DNA of 64,000 nucleotides from assembly GCA_051294905.1 (NCBI GenBank), contig CM119382.1:10602001-10666000 (forward strand). Reading direction: 5' to 3'. A model generated the notes under the pieces. That model searched no databases and had not been told where the DNA came from. It saw only the letters and a program-made list of their open reading frames with translations. Shown here piece by piece: positions 63,265 to 64,000 of the stretch (positions are counted from its first letter, which is position 1; every line of letters begins with the position of its first letter). This DNA comes from Botryllus schlosseri (taxonomy: Eukaryota). The position numbers were made by a program, and so were the translations under genes.

Positions 63265-63560
63265 TATAACGTTATAATAATAATATAATAATTGGTAGAG
63301 CTTATTGGAGGTACAGAACTCTTTAATATACAATTGAATAGTTTTATCATATTGAAATAAACCTGAATATGTTCGGCCGACACTTGTTAGTGGTAATCGT
63401 CAGCAAGTAGAGATGTCACAGTTATACCGACGACATCATATTTGGTGATACAATTGTTGACACCATGTTCTTCCCAATTCTTTGCTAGTCGGTGACGATT
63501 ACCTCTGACGAGTGTCGGCCGAAAAATTCTGGTTTATTTCAACACGAATATACTATTCGA
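63265..63560. mobile_element. Two Penelope-like tails in divergent (head-to-head) orientation, both with damaged hammerheads
   Basis: Minus copy ~63265-63415 (core CTAACAA); plus copy ~63432-63560 (CTGACGA at 63505-11, stem I mismatch, shortened stem III). Confidence 0.7.
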
Positions 63561-64000
63561 TAATAATTTTTAGAGCACTGAATACAACAATGTATCAACC
63601 CCGCAATTAGGTGCTGTACACATGGCAATGAAATAGAAAGAGTAACTATATCTATATTGAATGGCGTGCATAGTTGTAAGGAAAGGATGAACACTGCTGT
63701 AGTTAGAATTCACATGTAAATGAAATCAGTTTTTCGAATACTACCCTTGAAGCATAACACTAGTCAACACATATTTTCAGGCAGACAAAGTAAGAGTGGT
63801 TTTCAAGGTTCTGAAGGGCACTGATTCCAAATATGACCTTGATTTTTTCAAATTGGCTCTTGTGGAGATACCTATGGGGCTATTTTGACCAAAATCTCCC
63901 ATTTTCACGGTACTGACTAGATATAACATCGACTCGGTCGTACTATAAAGTTTAGAAATTCAATCAACTTGTTAATTTTACACACAGAAGACTTTTAAAT

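Overview
AT-rich animal genomic DNA with GT-AG introns, many only 54-76 nt long. The gene content and intron sizes suggest an invertebrate chordate such as an ascidian (inference). Host genes, all on the + strand: the last two exons of an unidentified gene (6085-7159), a complete 29-coding-exon ZO-1/TJP gene (20830-42569), and the first 28 coding exons of CNOT1 (from 45628, continuing past the window end). The first 12 kb holds two short-LTR retrotransposons with clean 5-bp TSDs. The first (374-3702) lacks RT and the integrase core, has no TGG-type PBS and carries two SINE insertions. The second (8328-12170, minus strand) has identical LTRs. In place of gag it has a perfect 165-bp inverted repeat built from LTR sequence plus 42-45 nt of reverse-transcribed tRNA-Leu; this is the most unusual structure in the window. 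The introns contain a family of Penelope-like tails carrying a minimal hammerhead ribozyme motif, two paralogous C/D-box snoRNA candidates in consecutive CNOT1 introns, several hAT-type MITEs with 8-bp TSDs, and a 623-bp foldback MITE inside a GC-AG intron. All coordinates and alignments were read by eye; family names and rRNA/tRNA matches come from recall and were not searched.
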